A stretch of DNA of 64,000 nucleotides from an uncultured Candidatus Saccharibacteria bacterium (GCA_963514625.1 CAUPTB010000001.1:57890-121889); one strand, 5' to 3'. Positions 34,897 to 44,366 are shown, counted from the first letter of the stretch. Notes: generated by a model not told the origin, from the letters alone. Program-made: numbers and translations.

Positions 34897-35213
34897 CTGT
34901 AATTTCCCTCCACGCATAACTTGAGTTAGTACGAGTAGTACAGGTGGTCTCCTCAGACCCCAGCATCCCAGCAGGATGCATAGAGCTGGTGTTGCGTAAG
35001 AAGAACTAGGGTGTAATATAAGCTCAAATTGTACTTGGATAGACTTACGCATCTGCTGGGTGCTGGACAGGTTGGCACCGTATAAACTACCACGTGCACT
35101 GGATAGCTTACTGATATATCAACAGCCTTCGTCAACCACACTGTACTACTCGTACTAAGAGCGTCTACCTTTGACTGAAGCTTGACTAAGTAATGAGACC
35201 GGGGAAATTATAG
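34897..35213. mobile_element. MITE-like element, full copy (core 34926-35158) with outer GGGAAATTA modules
   Basis: Perfect 18-bp TIRs: TTAGTACGAGTAGTACAG (34926-34943) and CTGTACTACTCGTACTAA (35141-35158). The flanking modules CTGTAATTTCCCTCC (34897-34911) and GGGGAAATTATAG (35201-35213) are also inverted. There is no transposase ORF. Confidence 0.7.
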
Positions 35214-35362
35214 ACAACACCATAAATCACACCAAGGGTGCATATTGTCCTTCATCTACATCGTCATTTCCTGAAGACTGTGTGCGCTTGTAGCACAGCA
35301 GCACACGAGCCAGCCAGGCGGGTCTGAGGGAAATGATGATGTAGATGAAGAATGAGAGCTTT
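34926..35362. repeat. Composite repeat block B (inverted partner of block A)
   Basis: See block A. The outermost module GGGTCTGAGGGAAATGATGATGTAGATGAAGAATGAGAGC (35320-35360) matches the reverse complement of 28784-28826 and the direct copy at 29526-29567. Confidence 0.85.
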
Positions 35363-35455
35363 AGTAATGGGCGGTTCAGTTAGTCAGGTTGCAACAAAGG
35401 AAGCGATAATGTAGATAAAGAATGATGGCTTGGGTAACTTGGTCGTGTGTATTTG

Positions 35456-36097
35456 TTAATCGTTTAATTTCCCCCGGAGATAACTCATTACTTTTCGGGG
35501 TGTGATAGTGATAGTTTCATCCGTCGCAGCGGCAACCGCACGATTGACGCTGTTTGAAAAGCAGATGTAAGTTGTTTTGCATTTGCGCTTTCTAATTTTA
35601 TGATAGCTTGGGCATAAATCCGTGTCGGAGCTGACAGATATAATATTTACATTTTCTACTTCGTACGATAATTCAAGCATACCCAGTGCCATTCGAACGT
35701 CGACGCCTTTCTCTTGTAAAACATCTTGAGTCTTATGGCAGTGGTTGCATTTTTTACCTTCTTTTACTTTCAAATTACCAGCTTTAATGTAATTAATATG
35801 CTGACTCTTTAACATTGCAACCCAGCGACGTGAATTTTCTTTAATTCGGTCTATCCGTTTCCGGATTTTTGGGGATGGAGTATAGCCTTTTGACGTTTTG
35901 ATTTCGGATGCATAGTAGTTGATCTCGACTCCATTAATTCCTAAAGTGTCCTCGATTAGACCACGTACATCCAATGAAAAGTAGATATTCTTGTCTGCGA
36001 TAACCCCCTGATCGTGTAGTAGCTCGGCTACTCTTTGGCGAAAATTTTCGCCGTCAATAAAAACCATTCTTCTATTATCAACTGAATTTTTAGACAT
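35456..36097 (-). CDS. NYN/LabA-like (PIN-fold) domain protein
   Basis: MVFIDGENF, QEKGVDVRMALGML, SSDTDL and a CNHC motif. AT-rich gene. RBS GGAGG. Confidence 0.65.
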   Translation of the reverse strand: MSKNSVDNRRMVFIDGENFRQRVAELLHDQGVIADKNIYFSLDVRGLIEDTLGINGVEINYYASEIKTSKGYTPSPKIRKRIDRIKENSRRWVAMLKSQHINYIKAGNLKVKEGKKCNHCHKTQDVLQEKGVDVRMALGMLELSYEVENVNIISVSSDTDLCPSYHKIRKRKCKTTYICFSNSVNRAVAAATDETITITPRKVMSYLRGKLND

Positions 36098-36199
36098 CAC
36101 GCCTCCCCTTCCATCATAACAAAAGCCCCGCTGAGGATGTTATCCAACACGGGGTGATGCACTATCATACTAGCAAACGTGAACAAAAATGTCAATGCC

Positions 36200-36685
36200 C
36201 TATCGCTTAAGTGTCGGATGTTCAGCTAGCACCGGGTCGGTAAGCTTGAGTTGGCGGGCTCGGTTTGCCCAGCGGTCGGCTAGTTCGTTCAGCTCCGTAC
36301 CAGCATGCCCCCTGGTCCAGACCAGCTCCGCCTGTGACTCCTGATAGAGCCGGTATAGCTCGGTGACCAAGTCGAGATTCTTGATCTCTCCGCCGGGTTT
36401 GCGCCAGCCTTTTGCCTGCCAACCCGGTGCCCACTTGGTCGCCACATTGATCCAGAATTGGCTGTCAGTGACGATCCGGCACGGTTTGCCGTCGGCGTCT
36501 CTCAGAGCGGTGATGATCGCTCTCGCTTCCATGCGAATATTGGTCGTTTGGTCACTCCCAATAGGTGACCCCGTCGCTTCCCCGCCGATTAGGTAAGGCT
36601 GACCGTCTTTGATCACGGCGAAGCCGCCCTGCCCCGGGTTAGGCACGGTGCTACCGTCGGTAAAATAGTTCGTCAGACTAGGCAT
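36200..36685 (-). CDS. rnhA: Ribonuclease HI
   Basis: YFTDGS, NIRMEARAI, IVTDSQ and WTRGHAGTELNELADRWA. The start is set at MPSLTNYF (ATG 36685), 4 nt after the upstream gene's stop. Confidence 0.85.
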   Translation of the reverse strand: MPSLTNYFTDGSTVPNPGQGGFAVIKDGQPYLIGGEATGSPIGSDQTTNIRMEARAIITALRDADGKPCRIVTDSQFWINVATKWAPGWQAKGWRKPGGEIKNLDLVTELYRLYQESQAELVWTRGHAGTELNELADRWANRARQLKLTDPVLAEHPTLKR

Positions 36686-36689
36686 CGTA

Positions 36690-38633
36690 TTACCAGTCAC
36701 TACCGCCACCGCCGCCTGAGCCGCCACCCGAGAAGCCGCCGCCGCCATCGGAACTACCACCCGAGAAGCCACTATCAGAGAAGCCGCCGCTATTAGAATC
36801 AGGTGATGAGGCTATGCTGGCCGACATCTCAGATAGGCCGTCGGTGACGAAGTCTACCATGGTGCTGTAGCTAAATGTCTCGCTCGAGTCATACCAATCA
36901 GCCGGCTGGAGAGATATCCCCTCAAACTTGTCGACCCATTTCTTATGCACCCCTAGGACGTAGGCGTAAGGTATGACGTCATAGAAAAGGGTCGGCGTCT
37001 CAGCTAGGAGTGCCTCCAAGCGAGGCTTATCGACTATCTCGATAAACTCCCTAAAGCCCATGATCTCGCCCTTGACCCGGTAGCCGTCTTTCGTTCTGGG
37101 CTTGATGCTACCGGTGAGGCGGGCGCCAATGGTCAAGATAGTTATCGCTACGGTGGTGACGGCAATGATGGGTTGCTTATGGGCGAACAAACTGATGGCG
37201 AAGACCGGTACCAAGAAGATCAAGATACCGAATCCCTTTGAGATCATAGCACTAATCTGCCAATCGGTTGGCTGAAGCATCAGAGCCATCGGTACGATCA
37301 AGAGTGAGAGACTGCCCAGTAGTAGCATCAGCGCTTTTTCGGGATTGTCTTCTAGAGTGGTGGCAAAGCAAGCGCAAGCCAGGATAATAGCTAGAGCAAC
37401 TACCCGGCCGAGACGTAGCAGTGTCTTGGTGAGGCTCTTCTTAGCGAAGAGATCAGTCTTGAGGTGGCCTCGGCTGATAGTGGAGATAGTAGCAGATACG
37501 GTCTTATAAAACTCCCCTTCCAGCTCCGCCTTAGCTACCTTGCTCGGGTGATCATTATTAAACAACCCATTCATAAAGATCCGCTCCGACTCATTCTGAC
37601 CATCATAATCTTTTAGCTTAGTCAGAGTGAAGTTCTCACCATCAATGTCAATCGTCAGATAGCCCTTATTAGCCAAGTAGACTACCATTGAGGCGGCATT
37701 CTTCCTCTTGATCTCACCCTTGTCGGCGAAGGCGACTTCAAGGCTATTTAGTCCGCCCGGGGCGGTATACTGAACGACCGGAGTGATCTTGTACTTCTCC
37801 TGAGTCACGACAAAGATAGAGGCGATCAGCGTGATAATGCTGATGGCGATCGGTATGACGAAGACATACTTAGCTAAGAAGACCCGGAAAGGATCTTCCT
37901 TAAAGTAGCCCTGTGGCAACTCTAGTCTGATAGTTAATGCTTGCTCGGCAGTCAGTGGAGCGGTGGTATGACCAGTAATCTCCTTGTCTTTGACGCTATA
38001 CTCGACGATATCACTGCCGCTACGCATACCATAAGCACCGGTCGAAAAGCCCGGCTTGCCGTCGAACTCCTGAGGCATGGTGATATGGAAATCAACCTTA
38101 GTGATGCCGGTGTTCCAGCCGGTACCGATGATATTAAAGTAAAACTCGTCAGCCTGGCTTAGCTGGTCGGTACCGAGGTCGTAGTCGTAGCTGAGGCGAT
38201 AAGTCTCGTTGGTCTTAGCATAGGCGTTGGGGTCACCTATCTTGATGTTAGTGAAGTTGCTGCTCTCGCTGGTGGTGAAGCGGTGGCTTAGTACCTTGAG
38301 GTTGCTGATCTTGGCGTTGACGGTTGACTTAGAGCCGTCCATCCTGGCGACGTGGTTGACTTTAGCCAGGCTACGGACGATGCCATGACGCTGTTGGTGA
38401 AAAGTGGCTTTGATCGTCTCTTCGATGTGGAGCTGATTGAACTGATTGACCGTGATATCGACATCGTAGTTATCAATGGTATACGCCGGAGTGGCGGTTG
38501 AAGTCCGGCTGCTACCTGAGCCATTCGTGTCCGGGGTCCCGGTGGCGCCAGCTGGGCTAGCCATGGTCACGATAGAAGCTACCGTGAGAATGATGATTAG
38601 ACTAAATAGCTTGATTCGCTGCAACAATCTCAT
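36690..38633 (-). CDS. DUF2207-like membrane protein, paralog 1 of 3, with a Gly-rich C-terminal tail
   Basis: Signal/TM, a beta-rich ectodomain (YTIDNYDVDITVNQFNQLHIEETI), several TMs, and the C-terminus GGGFSGGGSGGGGGSDW. Confidence 0.75.
   Translation of the reverse strand: MRLLQRIKLFSLIIILTVASIVTMASPAGATGTPDTNGSGSSRTSTATPAYTIDNYDVDITVNQFNQLHIEETIKATFHQQRHGIVRSLAKVNHVARMDGSKSTVNAKISNLKVLSHRFTTSESSNFTNIKIGDPNAYAKTNETYRLSYDYDLGTDQLSQADEFYFNIIGTGWNTGITKVDFHITMPQEFDGKPGFSTGAYGMRSGSDIVEYSVKDKEITGHTTAPLTAEQALTIRLELPQGYFKEDPFRVFLAKYVFVIPIAISIITLIASIFVVTQEKYKITPVVQYTAPGGLNSLEVAFADKGEIKRKNAASMVVYLANKGYLTIDIDGENFTLTKLKDYDGQNESERIFMNGLFNNDHPSKVAKAELEGEFYKTVSATISTISRGHLKTDLFAKKSLTKTLLRLGRVVALAIILACACFATTLEDNPEKALMLLLGSLSLLIVPMALMLQPTDWQISAMISKGFGILIFLVPVFAISLFAHKQPIIAVTTVAITILTIGARLTGSIKPRTKDGYRVKGEIMGFREFIEIVDKPRLEALLAETPTLFYDVIPYAYVLGVHKKWVDKFEGISLQPADWYDSSETFSYSTMVDFVTDGLSEMSASIASSPDSNSGGFSDSGFSGGSSDGGGGFSGGGSGGGGGSDW
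37468..37703. repeat. Gene-conversion tract (copy in paralog 1)
   Basis: 236 nt identical to 39442-39677 except for one A/G difference, while the flanking paralog sequence is clearly diverged. Confidence 0.9.
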
Positions 38634-38678
38634 ACTCTCCTCCTTAAGGTCATTATACGCTTAGCTGGCCGGATCTGC

Positions 38679-40784
38679 CTACCAGTCACTACCGCCACCA
38701 CCGCCTGAGCCGCCACCCAAGAAGCCGCCACCCGAGCCATCGCTCAAGGAGTTTGTCATTAGGTCTATCGCAGAGGAGTAGCCACTGAAGCTGGCCGACA
38801 TTCCGGCTAACCCCTCAGTGACGAAGCTTGCCATGATGCCGTAGCTGAAAGCTTCGCTGGAGCTGTACCAGTCTGCCGGCTGGAGGGCTATACCTTCAAA
38901 CTTGTTGACCCATTTCTTATGTACGTCCAGGACGTAGGCGTAAGGGATAATGTCGTAGAAGAGGGTTGGCGTCTCGACTAGGAGTGCCTCCAGGCGAGGC
39001 TTATCGACCGTCTCGATGAACTCCTTAAAGCCCATGATCTCGCCCTTGATGCGATAGCCGTCCTCGGTTCTGGTGATGACATCTCGGGTGATATAGGCCC
39101 CGATCATGATAAAGATTGATGATATGCCGGTGATTATAGCTGTCGGATAGCGGAAGTATAATGCCTGTAAGACGACAGCAGGGGTGATAGCGACGATGAT
39201 ACATAATATCTTGGTAAATACCGGACTGAACTGCTTGGTAGTTGGCTGTAATACGAAGAATAGGGGGAAGACCGTGAAGGCGATTATAAAAGCCATGCTG
39301 CCCAGCGCTTCGCTGGGGTTTTGCTCTAGCAAGGTGGCTAAGCCGGCGCAAATCAGCAGGATGGCGATGGCAACCCATTGGATCACCTTGAGGATAGTCT
39401 TGACTCGGTTGTGCTTCTCGAAATACTTGGTCTTGAGCCGACCTCGGCTGATAGTGGAGATAGTAGCAGATACGGTCTTATAAAACTCCCCTTCCAGCTC
39501 CGCCTTAGCTACCTTGCTCGGGTGATCATTATTAAACAACCCATTCATAAAGATCCGCTCCGACTCATTCTGACCATCATAATCTTTTAGCTTAGTCAGA
39601 GTGAAGTTCTCACCATCAATGTCAATCGTCAGATAGCCCTTATTGGCCAAGTAGACTACCATTGAGGCGGCATTCTTGTGAGGAATGGTGTTGTCATTAG
39701 CGAAGACAAGCTCAAGGCTATTCAGTCCGTCGGGGGCAGTGTATTGGATGACCGGAGTGGACTTACTCTTTTCCTTTCTCAGGATCGTGATCGAAAGTAC
39801 TAAGGCGATGATGCCGGTGATTACCGGTACGATGAAGACGAACTTGGCTATCGTCGTCTTGATCGGATCCAGCTTGAAATAGCCCTGGGGTAGTTCCAGT
39901 CGGATAGTCAGCGCCTCGCCGGCGAGCAACCTGCCGGTGGTATGACCGGCGATTACCCGACCGTTGACATTGTATTTGACGATGTCGCTACCGCTACGTT
40001 CGCCGTAAGAGCCGGTCGAAAAGCCGGGCTTCCCGCTGAACTCCTCGGGCATAGTGATGCGGAAGGTGACTCTCCCGATATTAGTATTCCAGCCGGTGCC
40101 GATGATATTAAAGTAAAATTCATCGCCACTGCTGAGTGGATCAGTCCCTAGGTCGTAGTCGTAGCTGAGGCGATAGGTCTCGTGACGCTTGGCATAGGTG
40201 AGAGAACTGCCAAGCTTGATGGAGGTACTGTCACTGCCTTCCCGAACGGCAGAGCTGTGGCTAGATACTTTGACATTACTAATGACGGCGTAGACGGTTG
40301 ATTTCGAGCCATTGACTCTGGCTACGTGGTTAACTTTGTTGATAGTGCGAATGATGCCATGGCGATACTTATTGAAGGTGGCCTTGATCGTCTCCTCGAT
40401 ATGAACCTTGTTGTATTTATCTACCGTAGCCTTGACGTCGTAAGCATCAATGACGTAAGGGTCAACATCGCTTGACTCGTCGTCGGATATCTCATCATCG
40501 GACACCTTAGCGTCGTTATGGGTGTTGGTCGGCTGAGCCGGCTCGACTGACGACTGATCGGAAGTCGGGGTGTCGGGAGCAGTCGTACTGGTCGTATGTC
40601 CCGCCTGCGAATAGGATGATGAGCTGGATGGATCAGACGAACCGGGGCTAGTCTGTTGGTGTTGCCCACTAGCGGGTCGGTTCGTTGTGCTATTGGCGCT
40701 AGCCGAGCCTGGTGTGATGACGGTGGTCGCTATCGCCAAAACGAGCGCCAAGATTAGTGTAGTGATTCGTCGTAATAATCTCAT
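38679..40784 (-). CDS. DUF2207-like membrane protein, paralog 2 of 3
   Basis: The start is set at MRLLRRITTL (ATG 40784, GAGGGA 6 nt upstream). It has an S/T/P-rich linker, the same ectodomain blocks, and the C-terminus GGGSGGGGGSDW. Confidence 0.75.
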   Translation of the reverse strand: MRLLRRITTLILALVLAIATTVITPGSASANSTTNRPASGQHQQTSPGSSDPSSSSSYSQAGHTTSTTAPDTPTSDQSSVEPAQPTNTHNDAKVSDDEISDDESSDVDPYVIDAYDVKATVDKYNKVHIEETIKATFNKYRHGIIRTINKVNHVARVNGSKSTVYAVISNVKVSSHSSAVREGSDSTSIKLGSSLTYAKRHETYRLSYDYDLGTDPLSSGDEFYFNIIGTGWNTNIGRVTFRITMPEEFSGKPGFSTGSYGERSGSDIVKYNVNGRVIAGHTTGRLLAGEALTIRLELPQGYFKLDPIKTTIAKFVFIVPVITGIIALVLSITILRKEKSKSTPVIQYTAPDGLNSLELVFANDNTIPHKNAASMVVYLANKGYLTIDIDGENFTLTKLKDYDGQNESERIFMNGLFNNDHPSKVAKAELEGEFYKTVSATISTISRGRLKTKYFEKHNRVKTILKVIQWVAIAILLICAGLATLLEQNPSEALGSMAFIIAFTVFPLFFVLQPTTKQFSPVFTKILCIIVAITPAVVLQALYFRYPTAIITGISSIFIMIGAYITRDVITRTEDGYRIKGEIMGFKEFIETVDKPRLEALLVETPTLFYDIIPYAYVLDVHKKWVNKFEGIALQPADWYSSSEAFSYGIMASFVTEGLAGMSASFSGYSSAIDLMTNSLSDGSGGGFLGGGSGGGGGSDW
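39442..39677. repeat. Gene-conversion tract (copy in paralog 2)
   Basis: See 37468-37703. Confidence 0.9.
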
Positions 40785-40833
40785 CTTCATTCCCTCATAT
40801 TTTATTTTAAGCGTTAGATCGGCCGGAGTGACT

Positions 40834-42894
40834 TTACCAGCTACCACCGCCTCCTCCACCGACGCCACCGCCGGCAAAACCTCCGCCACCGCCGATGGCG
40901 GTGCCACCGGAGGGGGTAGCCCCCATGCTGGTAGCCAGGGCGGGCATACCATGATCCATGAAGCTGACTACGCTGGCGTAATTGTACGCTCCGGCTACAT
41001 CGCACCAGTCGGCAGGCTGGACGGCGATACCTTCGAATTGGCTAACCCAAGCCTTGGAGACACCCAGAGCATAGGCGTACGGCAGGATGTGGTAGAAGAG
41101 CTGCGGATCCTGCTCGACCATCGCTTCGATGCGTGGCTTGTCGACCGTCTCGATGAACTCCTTAAAGCCCATGATCTCGCCTTTCAGCTTGTAGCCTGCC
41201 TCGGTACGATGATAGACCGGGCTAGCAATCGCACTGGCGATAGTGATCAAACTGGCTGAGATAGCGCAGCAGACCATCAGCGGGGTGCTATTGAGGTAGT
41301 CACGCCACAAGAAGATAAAGGAATTGACAAATACGAGCGACAGTATAGTCACCCCGACAGCCGACCACTTCTTGCCGTTATTGACCGTTGCGATGCTGCT
41401 GAAAATAATGGCGGATATGACGAAGAGGCTTGCGTAGAGCATATTCTCCTCGACTAAGCCAACCGCAGCGATCACCCCCAGTAGAATGCCGATGAGAAGG
41501 GCGACGAAAGCGCAGATCTTAACGATCAGCAATTTAGCCCGTAGAGGGTCTTTCTCGCCGAAATAGCGCTTCTTGACCTCGCTGTCCTTACCGGCGCTGA
41601 TAATGGCGTTGACGGTGGTGTAAAACTGATTGGTCAGCTGCTTGCTGGTGACACTGTCGGGATGCTTACTATTAAACAGCCCCGCCATGAACTCTTTCTC
41701 CGCTTCATTTTTACCGTCGTAATCCTTGAGCTTGGTCAGCGTGAAGTCACGCTTCGCCTTCTTGTCCTTGGTGCTGATCTTGATATAGCCTTTGTCGGCT
41801 AGGTAAATCAGGAGCGAGACGACGTCTTGGCTGATGTTGACACCTCGATCGACCAGAGCTACCTCGAGACTATTTAGTCCGGCTGGCGGTTTGTACTGCA
41901 CCACTGGCGTTACCTTGTAGCGCTCTTGGCGGCGCTTGATGATAGCGATGATGAAGTAAGCTGCGCTGACCAATACCATCAGAATCATACCGATGACCCC
42001 TAGGGCGTCTCGGCTATGGTCAATCTCGAAGTAGCCATCCGGCAAAGTCAGTCGGATGGTCAGGGCTTCTCTCGGGTTGAGCGCCTCAGTAGTCTCACCG
42101 ATAATGCTATCACCCGAGATGGCGTACCTGCCGATATTGGTGCCCGAACTACCGTAGTGTCCTGACGAAAAGCCGGGCTTACTGTCAAAACTCTTGGGTA
42201 AGGTGATCTCGAAGGTGACGTGCTGAATCACGGTCTCCCAGTTAGTGCCAATAATATTAAAGTAGAGCTCGTCGGCATTCTCAAGGGTGTCATGACCGAT
42301 ATCATAATCGTAGCTAATCTGATAGGTCTCGTGCTTATCGGCGTTGCGGTGACTATCGCCGAGGCGAATCTTAGTCAGACCGCCCGATCGCTTAGTCTCG
42401 AACTGATGTGTGGGTACTCGGAGGTTGGTAACGATAGCGTTGATTCGGGCGACTGAGCCATCGGATCGCCGTGCGTAGTTGACATTCTGGATACTGCGAA
42501 AGATACCGTGGCGTTGCTGGTTAAAAGTGACCTCGATGGTCTCGTCGATATGATACTTATTATACTTATCGACGCTGACCTTGACGTCGTAGTTATTGAT
42601 GACGTAGGGGTATCTGAGCAGAGTCGGGTCATCTTGGCGGGTGCTGGAGCTGGCGGAGGTGCCGCTATCGGAGCTGAGGTTACTGGAGCGACCACCGGTA
42701 CTAACGGGACTATCACCCTCTTGTCTAGTCGAGACACCGCTTTGGCTGTTCGCCCGCTCAATGACCTGGTTAATCTGGCTATCCAGATTGTCGGCGGGAG
42801 CAGCCTGGGCTGTCAGCCCGGTCGAGGCTAAAACGAGCGTCAAGACGATGACTGACCTGGCTATCGCTCCTAAGATCTTGCGGACTTTGCTCAT
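40834..42894 (-). CDS. DUF2207-like membrane protein, paralog 3 of 3
   Basis: The start is set at MSKVRKILG (ATG 42894, AAGGAGGG upstream). C-terminus GGGGFAGGGVGGGGGGSW. It shares a 41-nt identical stretch with paralog 2 (TCGACCGTCTCGATGAACTCCTTAAAGCCCATGATCTCGCC). Confidence 0.75.
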   Translation of the reverse strand: MSKVRKILGAIARSVIVLTLVLASTGLTAQAAPADNLDSQINQVIERANSQSGVSTRQEGDSPVSTGGRSSNLSSDSGTSASSSTRQDDPTLLRYPYVINNYDVKVSVDKYNKYHIDETIEVTFNQQRHGIFRSIQNVNYARRSDGSVARINAIVTNLRVPTHQFETKRSGGLTKIRLGDSHRNADKHETYQISYDYDIGHDTLENADELYFNIIGTNWETVIQHVTFEITLPKSFDSKPGFSSGHYGSSGTNIGRYAISGDSIIGETTEALNPREALTIRLTLPDGYFEIDHSRDALGVIGMILMVLVSAAYFIIAIIKRRQERYKVTPVVQYKPPAGLNSLEVALVDRGVNISQDVVSLLIYLADKGYIKISTKDKKAKRDFTLTKLKDYDGKNEAEKEFMAGLFNSKHPDSVTSKQLTNQFYTTVNAIISAGKDSEVKKRYFGEKDPLRAKLLIVKICAFVALLIGILLGVIAAVGLVEENMLYASLFVISAIIFSSIATVNNGKKWSAVGVTILSLVFVNSFIFLWRDYLNSTPLMVCCAISASLITIASAIASPVYHRTEAGYKLKGEIMGFKEFIETVDKPRIEAMVEQDPQLFYHILPYAYALGVSKAWVSQFEGIAVQPADWCDVAGAYNYASVVSFMDHGMPALATSMGATPSGGTAIGGGGGFAGGGVGGGGGGSW

Positions 42895-42904
42895 ATTCCC
42901 TCCT

Positions 42905-44305
42905 TCATAGCGCCCTGCGTTTATTGCCGGACTTCTTGTCAATAACCAGTTTACCATTAGCCAGGCGTTCTCGGTTAGCTTTGATCTGCTTCTCATCTCG
43001 GAAGCTGAACTTGATAGCGGTGCCGTTAAAGCCGAAGCTCTCTCGCCAGCAATTCTCTAAGTAACGCTTGTACGACCAGTGAATAAACTTAAGGTTGCTG
43101 CCGTAAATGACAAACCAAGGCGGATTCACGTCGGTTTGGACGGCGTAGCGCAGGCGGGGATGAGTGTTTTTCAGTCCTGCCGGCTTGTGCTTGGCGATGG
43201 CTCGGTGTAGGCAGTCGTTAAGCTGACCGGTCGGGACGGTGCGCCGACGCTCGGCGTCGATAGATAGGATCAGATCGTAGATCTTAGCCACGTTTTGCCC
43301 GGTCGTTGACGAGGTAAAGATGAGCGGTGCCCATGAGGCAAAATCAAAAGTGCGACCGATGCTGGGAGCTAGAGCGTCCCTGGTGTAGGCATCTTTGCCG
43401 ATAACGGAGTCCCATTTACTGACGACTATCACTAAGCCCTTACCGGCGTCGATAATCTGCCCGGCTAACCTGGCGTCAAGCGAGGTGTTGAGCTCATTTA
43501 CATCCATCAATAGCAGGCAAATATCCGCCTCTTCAATGGCGCTGGCAGTGCGGAGGACGCTGAACTGCTCAATCCCCTGCTCCACCCTACCTTTGCGTCG
43601 TACTCCGGCAGTATCAAGCAGCTCAATGGTCTTGCCGTGATAGCGTACTTCGACTCGGTTAATATCCCTCGTGGTGCCGGCGACATTGGCGACGACCGCC
43701 TGCTGTTTACCAGCTAGAGTGTTAAAGAGATATGACTTGCCGGCGTTAGGGCGACCGATCAGGGCAACCTTAATTTGCTCATCGGCTGCTTTAGTGTGGA
43801 CATGAGGAATATGGCTGATGATAAAGCGTTCCAGCCGGTCGATGTGTCGGTTGTGCTCGGCGCTCACCGGGATAATGTCTTTGATGCCGAGGCAGAGATA
43901 ATTCTCCAGAGGAAAATGCTCAGCGATATCAATCTTATTGAGGACTAGCACCACCGGCTTGGTCGAGCGCAGAATCTGCTTGGCTAGCTTACGATCATCA
44001 GCGGTAGCATCCTCGGTCGAGTCCTTGACTAGTAGGATCAGGTCAGCCGAGGTAATAGCATCGGCCACCTGGTCTTGGATACTTGCCTCGAAATCATCAG
44101 TAGGGTCGTCTTTCAGTCCGGCGGTATCGACCAAGACAAAAGACCCCTGCGACCGGTCAATCCGGCGGTAAATTGAGTCACGAGTAGTACCGGCTTCTCT
44201 GGCCACTACAGCATCACGTCGACCAATCAGTCGGTTAAAGAGCGACGACTTGCCGGCATTGGTTCGTCCTACTAGGGCGACGATTGGCAACTTACGACCA
44301 GACAT
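42905..44305 (-). CDS. der: Ribosome-associated GTPase Der (EngA)
   Basis: Two G domains (GRTNAGKSSLFN with DTAG and NKID; GRPNAGKSYLFN with DTAG and SKWD) plus a KH-like C-terminus. Confidence 0.95.
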   Translation of the reverse strand: MSGRKLPIVALVGRTNAGKSSLFNRLIGRRDAVVAREAGTTRDSIYRRIDRSQGSFVLVDTAGLKDDPTDDFEASIQDQVADAITSADLILLVKDSTEDATADDRKLAKQILRSTKPVVLVLNKIDIAEHFPLENYLCLGIKDIIPVSAEHNRHIDRLERFIISHIPHVHTKAADEQIKVALIGRPNAGKSYLFNTLAGKQQAVVANVAGTTRDINRVEVRYHGKTIELLDTAGVRRKGRVEQGIEQFSVLRTASAIEEADICLLLMDVNELNTSLDARLAGQIIDAGKGLVIVVSKWDSVIGKDAYTRDALAPSIGRTFDFASWAPLIFTSSTTGQNVAKIYDLILSIDAERRRTVPTGQLNDCLHRAIAKHKPAGLKNTHPRLRYAVQTDVNPPWFVIYGSNLKFIHWSYKRYLENCWRESFGFNGTAIKFSFRDEKQIKANRERLANGKLVIDKKSGNKRRAL

Positions 44306-44366
44306 ATACTTAATTTTATCACGGGGTGGCTCTTCAGCTAAAGATCAAGCTTGGGCACTCCTACAG

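Noticed and set aside
34832-34981. N-terminal 50-aa extension of the 33758 ORF, and ORFs 34840..35052 and 34953..35141
   Set aside because: They lie inside the MITE-like or inverted-repeat sequence, which recurs non-codingly at 29400-29530. There is a better promoter-proximal start at 34831.
40687-41259. 190-aa plus-strand ORF and the long N-terminal extensions of the DUF2207 ORFs (for example MVCPPWLPAWGL...)
   Set aside because: These are generated by reading the Gly-codon-rich (GGN/CCN) tails of the upstream paralog in other frames or on the other strand. RBS-supported internal starts (40784, 42894) remove the overlaps.
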